Source of the DNA: the human T2T-CHM13v2.0 reference genome, Homo sapiens
Strand: one strand, 5' to 3'
Assembly (NCBI RefSeq): GCF_009914755.1
Contig: NC_060932.1
Length of the DNA: 64,000 bases
The first letter of the stretch is position 1, and every line of letters starts with the position of its first letter. Position numbers and translations under genes: made by a program. Shown one piece after another: positions 12,801-26,639 of the stretch. Below the pieces are notes generated by a model. The model saw only the letters and a program-made list of their open reading frames with translations. It was not told the DNA's origin and did not search any database.

Positions 12801-13894
12801 TTGAATGATGTGGCTACTTTATTTCTGAAAGTTTTTATTTCCGTGTGCTGGCAAAATAGATATAAATGGAGCAAAATCTTTTTAAAAGCATGTTGATGTC
12901 TTCAGTTTACAAATTGGTCTATGCCTAATTCCAGAGCTACAGAGAGAATTAATGTTTCTTCTTTGGTTCAGATCAGGTCTGTTTCTTATCTTGCATGAGA
13001 TTGTGAGAATTAAGTTATTATCAATATGGAAGAAAGGTGATAAACACAAATTGACATGTATGCCCAATTGGAAAATACATTTAAAGACTTTCCTTTGTAT
13101 CTATCACCTGTATCGATTTCTACTTGACACAACACCGGTGGAGATGATACTTCCCAGAATACAGTTCACCACCAGACTCCTCCATGATTCTTCCTACCTG
13201 GAACATCTTCTGGGGTTGGAGTCTCTAAATTGATGCTGAGAGAAAAGCTTAAGGAAGTAATCACCAGCACTCTGGCGACCTCCAAAATCAGCTCTGTTGC
13301 AAAAGCAAAATAACTGCCTGATTTTCTACAAAGTCTGAGGCCTTGAGGTGGAGGAAAGATGGGAGAAAGAAGAGAAGTTTTCAGGATCAAGACAGTTTTC
13401 TGGACCCATGGCTGTGCTGGGCCTTTGGACAATGTCAAAAAACAAGTTAAGAGCCTTCCTGGGCACTAAAAATATAGAGTTAAATTAAATATTTTCTTTG
13501 TCTCTAAGGACTAACAGGCAACCAAATGAATGATGACAGTCCAGAGTAATGAGGACTGCCATAGATAATGCATGGTACTAAGGAGACACAGAAGAGAAGT
13601 AAATAACCCCATTGCTTAGATAGTATACGCTTTGGGGAAAAAAACAAAAAGCAAAACATGGGTCACTGGGAGGTGACTGGCATGACAACATGGCATTCAT
13701 GCAAGATGTAAGCCACATCCATAGGCATGGATATGATCCAAAGGAAATAGACACTATGATACCCGAGCATAAAATCCTTTGTGGAGAGCTAAAGAAGAAT
13801 GACCTTCGGCAATTCATGCAGAAGGGAAATGGGAAAGCAAATTTTAGCTGAAGCACATAAAAATGTGAACATACAGTTGTAAAGAAAATGATTT

Positions 13895-14040
13895 GAAATC
13901 ATGTCCTGGTTCTCTCACTACTGAGCTGTGTATGTCAAGCTATATTCCGTCTCTGGATCTCATTCCTCAGGCATAAGGCAAGATGGGTGGACAGGATGGA
14001 TTCTGAAGTCCACTCCAGCTCTAATATTCTCTAGTTCTGT
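13895..14040 (+). mobile_element. MIR/MIR3 fragment
   Basis: Degenerate core plus MIR3-type tail tctgaagtccactccagctctaatattct. Confidence 0.55.
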
Positions 14041-15839
14041 CTTAGTCATGGAAAGCAGAAACAATACACAGCTTCAGTTAAATAGTTTCCATCAAAGAAG
14101 GTGGAGCAGCTCTCACCTCTATAGTGAGGGAAGAAAGGAAGCAGCCACTGAACAATGGCAGGTCCCCAAGGGAAGCATAGTTGGTGGGTATATTACAGAT
14201 GTTGGAAATTTAAAAATAATATATGCCGTATATATTAAGATGTGAAGTTTCAGGCTAATATAATAGCAAAAATGAATAAAGTTAATTTTTCCTGATTTAA
14301 AAAATGGTAATAATAAGGAAAAATTCTTTTTCAGAAAGGAAAAGCATGCATTTACAAGTAAAATGAAGCTAAAAGGAATAAAATGAACAGGGCTGATGGT
14401 TCTTAGCAGTCAAATGTTTGCAAGTCTGCTGTTTATAATAAACTTAGACTTTAAATTGAGTAATTATTTTATTGAGCTGGCTTTTCTTTTGAAAATAGTT
14501 ACATCAAATAGTGTGAAAATAGATCCAGATGTAGTTGCTTCTTTGAGATTATTGGGACTATATGAGCAAATGGAAGATAGGTCATTTGATTATAAAAATA
14601 ATTAAGGATTCATTTTATGTTTAGAAATATCTGAAACAGTTTTAGCACTAAAGGCACAATATGTAAATTTAAAAAGACAATTAGCTTATTTGTAATATTG
14701 GATTGGTATTATCACTAACATTGGTATTATGATTAATTATTGAAGATTGATATATTCATGTGGTAATTCATTTTGCAGAGTTAATTAGTATTTCTTCCCT
14801 CTAAAATATAGTAAAAAATGTGTGGCATTATCATCAGTAGCTAAACTTCATAAGGATGTTAAAATAGGCCTTTGTTTACAGAGGCAAAAAGATTATAAGA
14901 CTTCTCAGTAACTGAAGAGAGCATTTATTTAATTATAGATATTTTCACTATAATTTTAGAGGAAATACACAATTACATAAACACTGAATATAATATCTTT
15001 TTAATTTGCATACTGTGGGCTTAAACATATACTCTAAAGTAAACCAGAGCCATAATTATACAGACTTTTGAAGTTAATGCCTAATCTTTTCACCAAATAT
15101 AATAATCTATTATTTTGTTTGTAAATATGTTAGCATATCAACACTTTTAGCCACTAATGTATGTTGAATTCTTGAGAATAACTATTTATACTTTCCTATC
15201 CTTTTGAAATATCTACATAATTTCACCTGGTTAATATTTTGGAAGAACATAATTGGCAACTTAAAAAAAAAATCCTTATTAGTAAATTGTATTTGAAGTT
15301 CTACGTAGAATACACTGCTTAGTTTGGAATTTATAAGGCTGTATTTCAAGAATCTGTCCTTTTACTTTGAACCATAATTGATATGTGTATGCTATTTAAC
15401 AATTCTATGCACACTGGAGTGGTTTGTTCAGTACATATTGCTAACATTTTGTACAGTTTTCTATAATCCATACTTTCATAACTACCGAATAAAATAATTG
15501 GTTTACTTATTTGAATTTTCTGTAATATACAGTGGATCTTCAAGCGTATGAGGATTTTAAAATCTTAAAAGAGTTTTTGGGGATTATTCTGCATTTCATT
15601 TTTTAAAGACTTGATTCTCTTAATAAGTCTTCATTGTCTGCTATGATTAAGGCATGAGAATTCACACCCGAACTTGTATGAACTCTGCCTTCAGAGAACT
15701 TACAAATTAAGGGGAAATAGAACACATATACCATCAAACAAGATGGAAAGACAATAGAAAGTCATATGTTTTATAACAGAGGAATAAACAAATTCAGAAA
15801 AGATGAAACTCCAGATAAGAAATAAAGGGACTTGAGTCT

Positions 15840-17275
15840 CTTCCACTTCCTCGTTAATCCTCACTCTCAGCAAAGTGCTACCTTGCTTCCTCCTTCACTG
15901 GGAAAACAAAAGTGATCAAAAGAGAACTTCTGTTAAATACCACCACCGCTTCTACTCACCTCCTTGTTCCTGTACCATCAACTTCACATTATCACCAGTT
16001 ACTATGGATGACCTCTCCGTATCCCTATCCAAGGTCAATCCCTTCATTTGCTCTCAAAATTCCATTCCCTCCAGGGACATTTCTCCAGCAATTATCCCCT
16101 CTGTGTCTTGCATCATTCAGTTTTCTCTCTCTTTGAATTATACTGAGCAGCATTCAAACATTGTTATTTCTCCCATATATTTTACTTAAAAAATTGTCTT
16201 TTAACCTCATTTTCATCTCCAGCTGACACTATATTCCTTGTCTTCACTTTATAAAACCCCTTGTAAGAATTTTCTCAACTTGCTATTTCTAAAAGAATTT
16301 GGAACATATTCTGGGTGAGGATCCCTCATTCATCTACCAAAAATTCTTTTGTCAAAACCATTATGGATATCTTCTTTGACAGATCCCTTCTTAGTTCTCA
16401 TCTTCATTATCTGTCACCTATTTTCAGCATTGGACGCCATCGATGGCTTCCACTTGAAACCATTTCTCCACTTGGCTTTCGGGTTGGCACACACACATGA
16501 TTTTCCTCTAACTTTCGATCCTCTCCTTCTTAGTATCCTTTACTGTTTCTCCTCATTTTCTAACCTCTTCACTGAATCCCAGGACTCAATCCTTAGATCA
16601 CTTTACATTGCTGTCCATTCTCACTCCCGTGATGCTCTCACCCAGTCTCCTCGCTTTAAAGATCATCTTTACGTTGATGGCTCCAGCCTGCAACACCATC
16701 CCATTATCCTACAGCCTAGCTGATAAAGTTGCCAGATTTAACAAATAAAATACAAGATACCTAGTAAAATGGGAATTTTGGACAACCAATGAATAATTTT
16801 TGGTATAAGTATGTACCATTATATATCTAGGATATACTTACACTGAACAATTTTTAAATATGAAATTTTAACTTCACTGATCATCCTGTATTTTATCTGA
16901 TCAGACTACCTGACATCTCCAATTTGATGTCCAAAAAATGTCTCAAATGTAAAATATCCTAAATTGTGCTCCACACATTTCAACAAACACCACTTTATCT
17001 TGTAGTCTTCCTTGTCTCAGTTAAAGGCAACTCCTTTCTCCCAACTTCTCAGACCCAAATCGGTTATCTTGACTTCTGTCTTATACTCACATACAAAGTG
17101 GATCCATCATCACATCTCATTATGTCTAACCTCAAATACCACATGTTCAGAATTTGGCCTTTTCTCATGGCCCCTCTGCAGCTACCTTGGCCCCAGCTAT
17201 CACAATCTCATCTCCTAATTGTCTCTCTGCTTCAGCCTCTGGCTCCTTTCGTTGTGTGTTTTCAAAACAGCAACT
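15840..17275 (+). mobile_element. L2 LINE fragment, interrupted by MER53
   Basis: ccttgcttcctccttcactgggaaaacaaaagtgatcaaaagagaacttc and continuous pyrimidine-rich L2 ORF2-like sequence. Confidence 0.75.
16726..16905. mobile_element. MER53 palindromic hAT element
   Basis: gttgccagatttaacaaataaaatacaagatac...catcctgtattttatctg; central tataagtatgt/atatactta symmetry. Confidence 0.8.
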
Positions 17276-17669
17276 AAAATACATAAATGGATTGGTAAGG
17301 ACAGGAGCCAATATAAAGGATGCAACTGCTTCAAAAGATAGCGCCAACCTTAGATACAAAACTTTAGAAATAAAAACATGTGGATTTGAATCTTGTCCAG
17401 GTTATTTTCAATAACTTTTTTAACAAGTAAAACTTTGCCACCCATTAAAGGTTTTTCTTTCAAGATCGATGCTAGGAAGATAAGCCATCACTACACAGCC
17501 CTCATTTGCATCCCTGAAGTCATGTCACACGGCAGGAAATGTTCCCAAAAGTCCTGGCTGCATAATCTAAGCTGAACTCTTTCAAAGTTTGAGAAATTTA
17601 AAAAGGTCAACAATTAAAGTAGCTATTAAATAGCGACTTTTCTGCTGTTTTCCTATGTAATAACAATAG

Positions 17670-17855
17670 ATAACACTTATTTAGAATATACGGTGTGCCA
17701 GACTCTGCTTTAAGAATTTTATATAGATTTTGTACTACTGTATCACTATTTGCCCATGAGGAATAGAAAGATAAAGTGACTTGTCCAGGTAACACAGCTA
17801 GGGCCAGGGATCCAGATCAGCAGTATAACCTTGGAGGCCACACTCTTAACCATCA
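17670..17855 (-). mobile_element. MIR
   Basis: aagtgacttgtccaggtaacacagctag...cactcttaaccat. Confidence 0.7.
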
Positions 17856-18665
17856 CACCACACACACACAGCTCCAGCAGGTAAGGGGCTCCTTCACCTG
17901 AGCTGTTTAGAGTCTTCTGGTTTGTTTTTTTTTCCTTTTAGTTATTTGGAATTCTTATTTTCCTTGACATTCCCATAGCAACAGTTTTCTCTGTCATCAG
18001 AAAAAAAAAGATGTAAATAAACTTGAGAATATAAATTGACTATTGAAATTCATACACCCAAGCACACACACATACACATTCCCAGAATATGAAAAGGCTA
18101 TTATGTTGACATCTACAGCCCAACCTGCAGAGATATGTTTGAAAGATTAGAACTTAGTAATTATGCTTTTCTGAGACTCCTTGAAATCATGTTGGTTAAA
18201 CAATGTAAGTGTATTCTGAAGCCCAACGGTTATTACTGATGAATTAAATATCATGGCTTAGTATTATAAGGGAGTCTCTCCTGTGACGCTTAAGAGGATT
18301 ATGCAGCTGTTCTGTGGCTCTTTCTGAATCCCACAACCCCAAGAAGGCTGACAAAGCCCCCTGATGGAAGCCATCCACAGAAGAATATTGCATTCCTCAC
18401 AGCCTTTATTAGTCACGCAGGAGAGACTTTTCCAACATGAACAGGCAAAGTGAAAATTCTCATCAGCAAAGATGAGTCAGAAATTCTGGAGTTCAATTCT
18501 GACTGTGCTCATCATCTGGCCATAGGAAAGTTAATCATCACTTAAGGCCCTGAGATTTCTCAGCAAGATTAGCTTACAGCATTATTCATAGATCTGTTAC
18601 ACAGTGACAACACAGTACCATGGAAGTGGCCATGTGGGTACGTGGCCTCACTTTCAGATAGGCTT

Positions 18666-20165
<1,500 letters not shown>

Positions 20166-20969
20166 GGAACTAGATTTGAAAAATCCAGTTCTTTTAAATG
20201 TAATTTCATCCCAGAGGGCTAAGAGAGAAAATGTTTTATATTTCATGTCAAAACATCGAGTTAATTCACTTAAAAAACAGAAATAGTCAAGTTAATATTT
20301 TGGGGGCTTAATAATAGCAAAACAACTAATTAGTAGACTGGTTTTTATTCACTTTTCAATTCATTTAGTAACATATTCTTCGGGAAAATAAAGAGATGAT
20401 GATTATCACATTGGATAGACTGAAATAGTTGTCTTTGATTTTTTTAACTAAACTGAACACATACCCTAATTTTATTTTTTACCTTAAAGCAAAATCAGGA
20501 GTTGATAAATGAAATCATTAAGCAATTGTGAAAGTTGTCTCGAACATTTGTTTCTAACACAAGAAGCTTTGTCAACATCCAAGAGGAGATTAAAAATCAA
20601 AACAAATACTAAACAAATAAGCAAAATTAGAAAAACATCATTGCCACATACAACATGACCTATGGTTACTGCACTAGACATTTGCTTATCACTCAACATT
20701 GTTGGTATTTAGTGAGAAATGTTTGCTGCCCTGACAAAACTCTCTAAAGAACGCATAAAGCAAAGTCTTTGCAAAGAGTCTATGCAATATTTATTGAATG
20801 TCACCTACAGCAAAATGAACCCCACTTTCGACCAAAGCAAATTATCTATTCAATTCAGTATTTACATTGATAGCTATTGCTATAAGTGTTTATACTCAGT
20901 TGTAAAAAAAAAAATTGTTTCTATGTAATGAGATGAAAAACGCGTCTTAGCATGAGAATTTATTTTAAG

Positions 20970-21508
20970 TGTGATTGTATTAAAATATATTTACAAGTTC
21001 TTTGATACTTCTTTCTTTAAGCAGTGGAAGTCAATTTCCTTCCTTTTGAGATTGGGCTATATAGATACTTGCTTCTAATAAGTAGAATACAGCAGAAATA
21101 ATGGTGTGAAGCATCCAAGAGTAAGACCTAGAGGGCACTGTAGCTTCCTCCTTGGTTTTTCTGTATTACACACAAGGGAAGAATCAGTTGCCATGCTGTG
21201 AGAACACTCACCCAACACTATGTAGTTATTTCTATTGGAAGAACTGAAATCTCATTCCAAAGCCAACAAACAAGTGAGGGCTTCTGAAAATGGCTACATG
21301 AGGGTACCATCTTGAAAGTGAATAGTTCAGCCCCCACCAAGCTATTGGATGAGCATAGCCTTAGAAATCATCTGTGGACAGCCTCATGACCTATCTGAAC
21401 CAGACTACCCTGCTACACTGCACTGAATTCCTGCCCACAGAAAATGTCAGTTAATAAGTGCTTATTGTTTTAAGCTGCTAGTTTTGGGGATGCTAGATAG
21501 CTAATATA
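20970..21508 (+). mobile_element. MaLR LTR (MLT1F-like)
   Basis: tgtgattgtattaaaatatatttacaagttctttgatac ... ttgttttaagctgctagttttgggg...ctaatata. Confidence 0.75.
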
Positions 21509-22395
21509 AGTAGGACAGTCTTTTAAAAAAATCCTAAAAAGCTACTTACAACAGAAGATGAAATACTGAAGGCATGAATGTTAGTCAGGGCCCAGGAAGC
21601 CAATAGTGACTGCTTGCTAATTTATTCTGCATGAAAAAAGGAAAGGAATTTGCTTTTGCTTCCAACAGAAGCATGAGAGAGGAGAAAGGAAGAAAATAAA
21701 AAGGGGATAGCCAGTAAAATAACTACAGACCATTCAATCTATATAGAAGGAATGGGAAACCTCAGGAGTTAGAAAGTTGTAAACAATATTTAAAGAAGTA
21801 GAATGCATGCTGTGATTGTAAGTTTTGTTGTGTGTGTGTGTTGGAACATCAAGAAAAATCAAGATTAGGAGTAAAGATGAGCAAAGATAAACATGAAAAT
21901 ATACGTCTCTCATTTTTCTATTTAAACCTCAGGGAGCTTGTTGGGCTTCCATAGAATATCTTGTTTAAATCTGAAAGGTCACAGTGGTCCACGTTATATA
22001 AAAATCCAAAACAGTATTAATAACTCTGCCCTAGCCCTAGACGTACCAACTGAAAACATGAAAAATATGGTATGTCATAATATTTTAAAATTTGATATTT
22101 TACTTATTGATGTCTTTCCACAATGCCACAGGAGTAAAATCCAAATTGACAAGTCATTTGACTGGACTAAGTCTACATCTTTCTACTATCTAGCTCCCCT
22201 TTCATTTACTCTCTCTCTCTCTCTAACCTTTGTTATCTTCAAATAACTTCTTCCCAAACTGTCTATTCTGCAGTGCATTGAAGTAGAACACTGTGGTATC
22301 ATTCTAGAAATGCCATGGACTTTGAAGGGAGACAAACCTGGGTTCAAATATTAATTTAAAATTGTAATGGGAAGCTGCTGTGACATCTTAAATTA

Positions 22396-22765
22396 TGTAT
22401 GAGTCTGTTCTCACTCTGCTATAAAGAAATACCTGAGACTGGGTTATTCATAGAGAAAAGAAGCTTAATTGCCTCATGGTTCCACAGATTGTACAGAAAG
22501 CATGGTTGAAGAGGCCTCAGGAAACTTTCAAACATGACAGAAGGTGAAGGCACGTTTTACATGGCCAGAGAAGGAGGAAGAGAGTGAAAGGGAAGCTCAA
22601 CACACTTTTAAACAAACACATTTTATGAGAACTCACTCATTACCACGAGAACAAGTGGGAAGTCCACCCCATGATCTAATTGCCTCCTATTAGGCCCCTC
22701 CTCCAACACTGGGGATTACAATTTGACATGAGATTTGGGCGGGGACACCGATCCAAATCATGTCA
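22396..22765 (-). mobile_element. MSTA-type MaLR LTR inserted in a MIR (MIR halves at about 22300-22395 and 22766-22900)
   Basis: tgtatgagtctgttctcactctgctataaagaaatacctgagactggg...ccaaatcatgtca. Confidence 0.88.
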
Positions 22766-23369
22766 GTGTCTTTAATGTCTTTCAGCCTCAGTTTTCTTTC
22801 ATGTAGTATGAGGTTAATAATATTTATCTCCTATTGTTTCTATAAGATTAAGTGAATAATATGCCTAAAACCTTAGCTCAGGGCTTAGTCACATTGGCAA
22901 CTTATATTGGTGAAAATAGTTATACTTGTTATTATAATTTAAATCTTCCTCTTGACCATCTGCCCCTCCTAAAATGTGAGCTGATAAAAGTGTAAGGTAT
23001 TAACTTTTTACATTGTACTTGAGGAGAGACAAGTAGGATTGCCTGCTGAATTACCCTAAGAATCTCAGGTTGTCTGGCAGTAAACCCCACAGAATTTGGG
23101 GCTTTATCTCCCTAAGTGAAGGGACAGTGGTTTCCATTCCACTTCCTTAGTGAGAGAGGCTGCCCCTGAACTCAACCAGTGAACTCAACTTTCCATAGGA
23201 AATATAGAATAAGGCCTCCCTCCCTCTTCAGCCTGAAGGCCTCTTCCCATAAGACTGCCTGGTGCTATTGGACAGTTCCCTATACTGAGGCTGCTGGTGC
23301 CGTAGCCCTGAATGTTGACTACTATACCCATACAAAACTGTCCCTGGGCTTGCACTTAAAAGACAATGT

Positions 23370-23515
23370 CAAATGACCAAACATCTCACCATAGAGGATA
23401 TTCAGATAGAAACGTGCTCAACATCATTAATTATTTTAAAAAATGCAAATGAAAACTATGAGATACGACTAACCACTAGATACCTATTAGAATGTCTAAA
23501 ATTAAAAGGACTGAC
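23370..23515 (+). mobile_element. L1M ORF2 3' fragment, left half of the HERV-H target; continues at 29364-29440
   Basis: ctattagaatgtctaaaattaaaaggactgac | ctgaccataacaagtattagcaagaatatggagcaactggaactctcatac. Confidence 0.8.
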
Positions 23516-24001
23516 TGTCAGGCCTCTGAGCCCAAGCCAAGCCATTGCATCCTCTGTGACTTGCACGTATATATATATACACGCCAAGAACGTATATATA
23601 TATACGCCCAGATGGTCTGAAGTAACTGAAGAATCACAAAAGAAGTGAATGTGCCCTGCCCCACCTTAACTGATGACATTCCACCACAAAAGAAGTGTAA
23701 ATGGCCTGTCCTTGCCTTAAGTGATGACATTACCTTGTGAAAGTCCTTTTCCTGGCTCATCCTGGCTCAAAAAGCACCCCCACTGAGCACCTTGCGACCC
23801 CCACTCCTGCCCGCCAGAGAACAAACCCCCTTTGACTGTAATTTTCCTTTACCTACCCAAATCCTATAAAACGGCCCCACCCTTATCTCCCTTCGCTGAC
23901 TCTCTTTTTGGACTCAGCCTGCCTGCACCCAGGTGAAATCAACAGCCATGGTGCTCACACAAAGCCTGTTTGGTGGTCTCTTCACACGGACGCGCATGAA
24001 A
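23516..24001 (+). promoter_or_regulatory. 5' LTR7 (486 bp), promoter/enhancer
   Basis: TGTCAGGCCTCTGAGCCCAAGCC...GACGCGCATGAAA; TATAAAA at about 23865; GCCCCACC (KLF/SP) boxes; two ACAAAAGA motifs. Confidence 0.96.
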
Positions 24002-24003
24002 TT

Positions 24004-24021
24004 TGGTGCTGTGTCTCGGAT
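24004..24021 (+). other. Primer-binding site for tRNA-His
   Basis: TGGTGCTGTGTCTCGGAT, 16/18 match to TGGTGCCGTGACTCGGAT, directly after the 5' LTR. Confidence 0.92.
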
Positions 24022-24144
24022 TGGGGGACCTCCCTTGGGAGATCAATCCCCTGTACTCCTGTTCTTTGCTCCGTAAGAAAGTTCCACCTATGACCTCAGG
24101 TCCTCAGACCGACCAGCCCAAGGAACATCTCACCAATTTTAAAT

Positions 24145-24153
24145 CAAGTAAGC
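24145..24153 (+). promoter_or_regulatory. HERV-H major leader splice donor
   Basis: tttaaatCAA|GTAAGCggcc; GT at 24148 intact; the -1 position is A where G is usual. Confidence 0.75.
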
Positions 24154-24596
24154 GGCCTCTTCTTACTCTCTTCTCCAACCTCTCTCACTGTCCCTCAACA
24201 ACTTTCTCCTTTCCACTCTTCAATCTCTCCCTTCTCTTAATTTCAATTCCTTTCATTTTCTGGGAGAGACAAAGGAGACAAGTTTTATCCGTGGACCCAA
24301 AACTCCAGTGCCAGTCACGGACTGGGAAGGCAGCCTTCTCTTGGTGTTTAATCATTGCAGGGATGCCTCTCTGATTATACACCCCTGTTTCAAGGGTGTC
24401 AGACCACGCAGGGACACCTGCCTTGGTCCTTCACCCTTAGCGGCAAGTCCCGCTTTTCTAGGGAAGGGGCAAGTACCTCAACCCCTTCTCTCCTTGTCTC
24501 TACCCCTTCTCTGCTTTTCTGGGAGAGGGGCAAGTACCCCTCAACCCCTTCTCCTTCACCCTTAGCGGCAAGTCCCACTTTTCTACAGGGCAAGAA

Positions 24597-24895
24597 CCCC
24601 CAATCCCTTATTTCCACGCCCCAACCTCTTAACTCTGCACCCCAATCCCTTATTTCCATGCCCCAACCTCTTATCTCTGTGCCCCAATCCCTTATTTCTG
24701 CACCCTGATCTCTTATCTCTGTGCCCAATCCCTTATTTCTGCACCTCGACCTCTTATCTCTGTGCCCCAATCCCTTATTTCTGTGCCCCAGCCTCGTATC
24801 TCTGTGCCCCAATCCCTTATTTCTGAACCCCAACCTCTTATATCTCTGTGCCCCAATCCCTTATTTCCACACCCCGACCTCTTATCTCTGCACCC
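24597..24895. repeat. HERV-H leader minisatellite: 7 copies of a ~42-bp unit made of two alternating 21-bp subunits
   Basis: ccccaatcccttattt(c/t)... alternating with ccccaacctcttatctctgtg. Confidence 0.92.
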
Positions 24896-24999
24896 CAACC
24901 CCTTTTCCCACTTTTCTGGAAGGTAAGAACCCCCGAACCCCTTCCCCCCATTTCTCTACTCTCTCTTTTCTCTAGGCTTGCTTCCTTCACTATAGGCAA

Positions 25000-26216
25000 G
25001 CTTCCACCTTCCATTCCTCCTCCTCCTCCCTTAGCCTGTGTTCTCAAAAACTTAAAAACCTCTTCAACTCACACCTGACCTAAAACCTAAATGCCTTATT
25101 TTCTTCTGCAATGCCGCTTGACCCCAATACAAACTTGACAGTAGTTCCAAATAGCCAGAAAATGGCACTTTGAATTTTTCCATCCTGCAAAATCTAAATA
25201 ATTCTTGTCGTAAAATAGGCAAATGGTCTGAGGTGCCTGATGTCCAGGCATTCTTTTACACATCAGTCCCTTCCTAGTCTCTGTGCCCAGTGCAACTCAT
25301 CCCAAATCTTCCTTCTTTCCCTCCTGCCTGTCCCCTCAGTCCCAACCCCAAGCATCGCTGAGTCTTTCTAATCTTCCTTTTCTACAGACCCATCTGACCT
25401 CTCCCTTCCTCCCCAGGCTGCTCCTCACCAGGCCGAGCTAGGTCCCAATTCTTCCTCAGCCTCTGCTCCTCCACCCTATAATCTTTTTATCACCTCCCCT
25501 CCTCACACCTGGTCCAGCTTACAGTTTCGTTCCGTGACTAGCCCTCCCCCACCTGCCCAGCAATTTACTCTTAAAAAGGTGGCTGGAGCCAAAGGCATAG
25601 CAAGGTTAATGCTCCTTTTTCTTTATCCCAAATCAGAAGCATTTAGGCTCTTTTTCATCAAATATAAAAATCCAGCCCAGTTCATGGCTCGTTCGGCAGC
25701 AACCCTGAGATGCTTTACAGCCCTAGACCCTAAAAGGTCAAAAGGTCATCTTTATTCTCAATATACATTTTATTACCCAATCTGCTCCCGACATTAAATA
25801 AAACTCCAAAAATTGGAATCTGGCCCTCAAACCCCACAACAGGACTTAATTAACCTCACCTTCAAGGTGTACAATAACAGAAAAAAGTTGCAATTCCTTG
25901 CCTCCACTGTGAGACAAACCCCAGCCACATCTCCAGCACACAAGAACTTCCAAACGCCTGAACCACAGCAGCCAGGAGTTCCTCCAGAACCTCCTCCCCC
26001 AGGAGCTTGCTACACGTGCCGGAAATCTGGCCACTGGGCCAAGGAAAGCCCGCAGCCCAGGATTCCTCCTAAGCTGCGTCCCATCTGTGTGGGACCCACT
26101 GAAAATCGGACTGTTCAACTCACCTGGCAGCCACTCCCAGAGCCCCTGGAACTCTGGCCCAAGGCTCTCTGACTGACTCCTTCCCAGATCTTCTCGGCTT
26201 AGCGGCTGAAGACTGA
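25000..26216 (+). pseudogene. gag: HERV-H gag remnant
   Basis: Nucleocapsid zinc knuckle CYTCRKSGHWAKES at 26008-26049; ends GLAAED-TGA at 26214; many stops; start approximate. Confidence 0.85.
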
Positions 26217-26282
26217 CACTGCCCAATCCCCTCGGAAGCCCCCTAGACCATCACGGACGCCGAGCTTCAGGTAATTCTCACA

Positions 26283-26560
26283 GTGAAAGGTAAGCCCGTC
26301 CCCTTCTTAATCAATACGGAGGCTACCCACTCCACATTACCTTCTTTTCAAGGGCCCGTTTCCCTTGCCTCCATAACTGTTGTGGGTATTGACGGCCAGG
26401 CTTCTAAACCTCTTAAAACTCCCCAACTCTGGTGCCAACTTAGACAATACTCTTTTAAGCACTCCTTTTTAGTTATCCCCACCTGCCCAGTTCCCTTATT
26501 AGGCTGAGACACTTTAACTAAATTATCTGCTTCCCTGACTATTCCTGGACTACAGCTATA
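26283..26560 (+). pseudogene. pro: HERV-H protease remnant with catalytic Asp lost
   Basis: FLINTEATHS at the DTGA position; VVGIDG flap; PTCPVPLLG followed by a stop. Confidence 0.88.
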
Positions 26561-26639
26561 TCTCATTGCCGCCCTTCGTCCCAATCCAAAGCCTCCTTTG
26601 CGTCCTCCTCTTGTATCCCCCCACCTTAACCCACAAGTA

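Noticed and set aside
13690-13851. 53-aa ATG-initiated plus-strand frame (MAFMQDVSHIHRHG...)
   Set aside because: Its length is expected by chance, and I recognise no homologue or promoter and poly(A) context.
16726-16905. Long imperfect palindrome as a novel miRNA or structured RNA
   Set aside because: Explained by MER53, which is intrinsically palindromic, and this copy is heavily decayed.
24597-24895. Regularly spaced repeats resembling a CRISPR array
   Set aside because: No unique spacers, no cas genes, and the context is a primate retroviral leader.
24355-25078. Repetitive-peptide ORFs (EIRDWG, PQSLIS, CPNPLF)
   Set aside because: By-products of the 21-bp repeat in the HERV-H leader, which keeps frames open on both strands.
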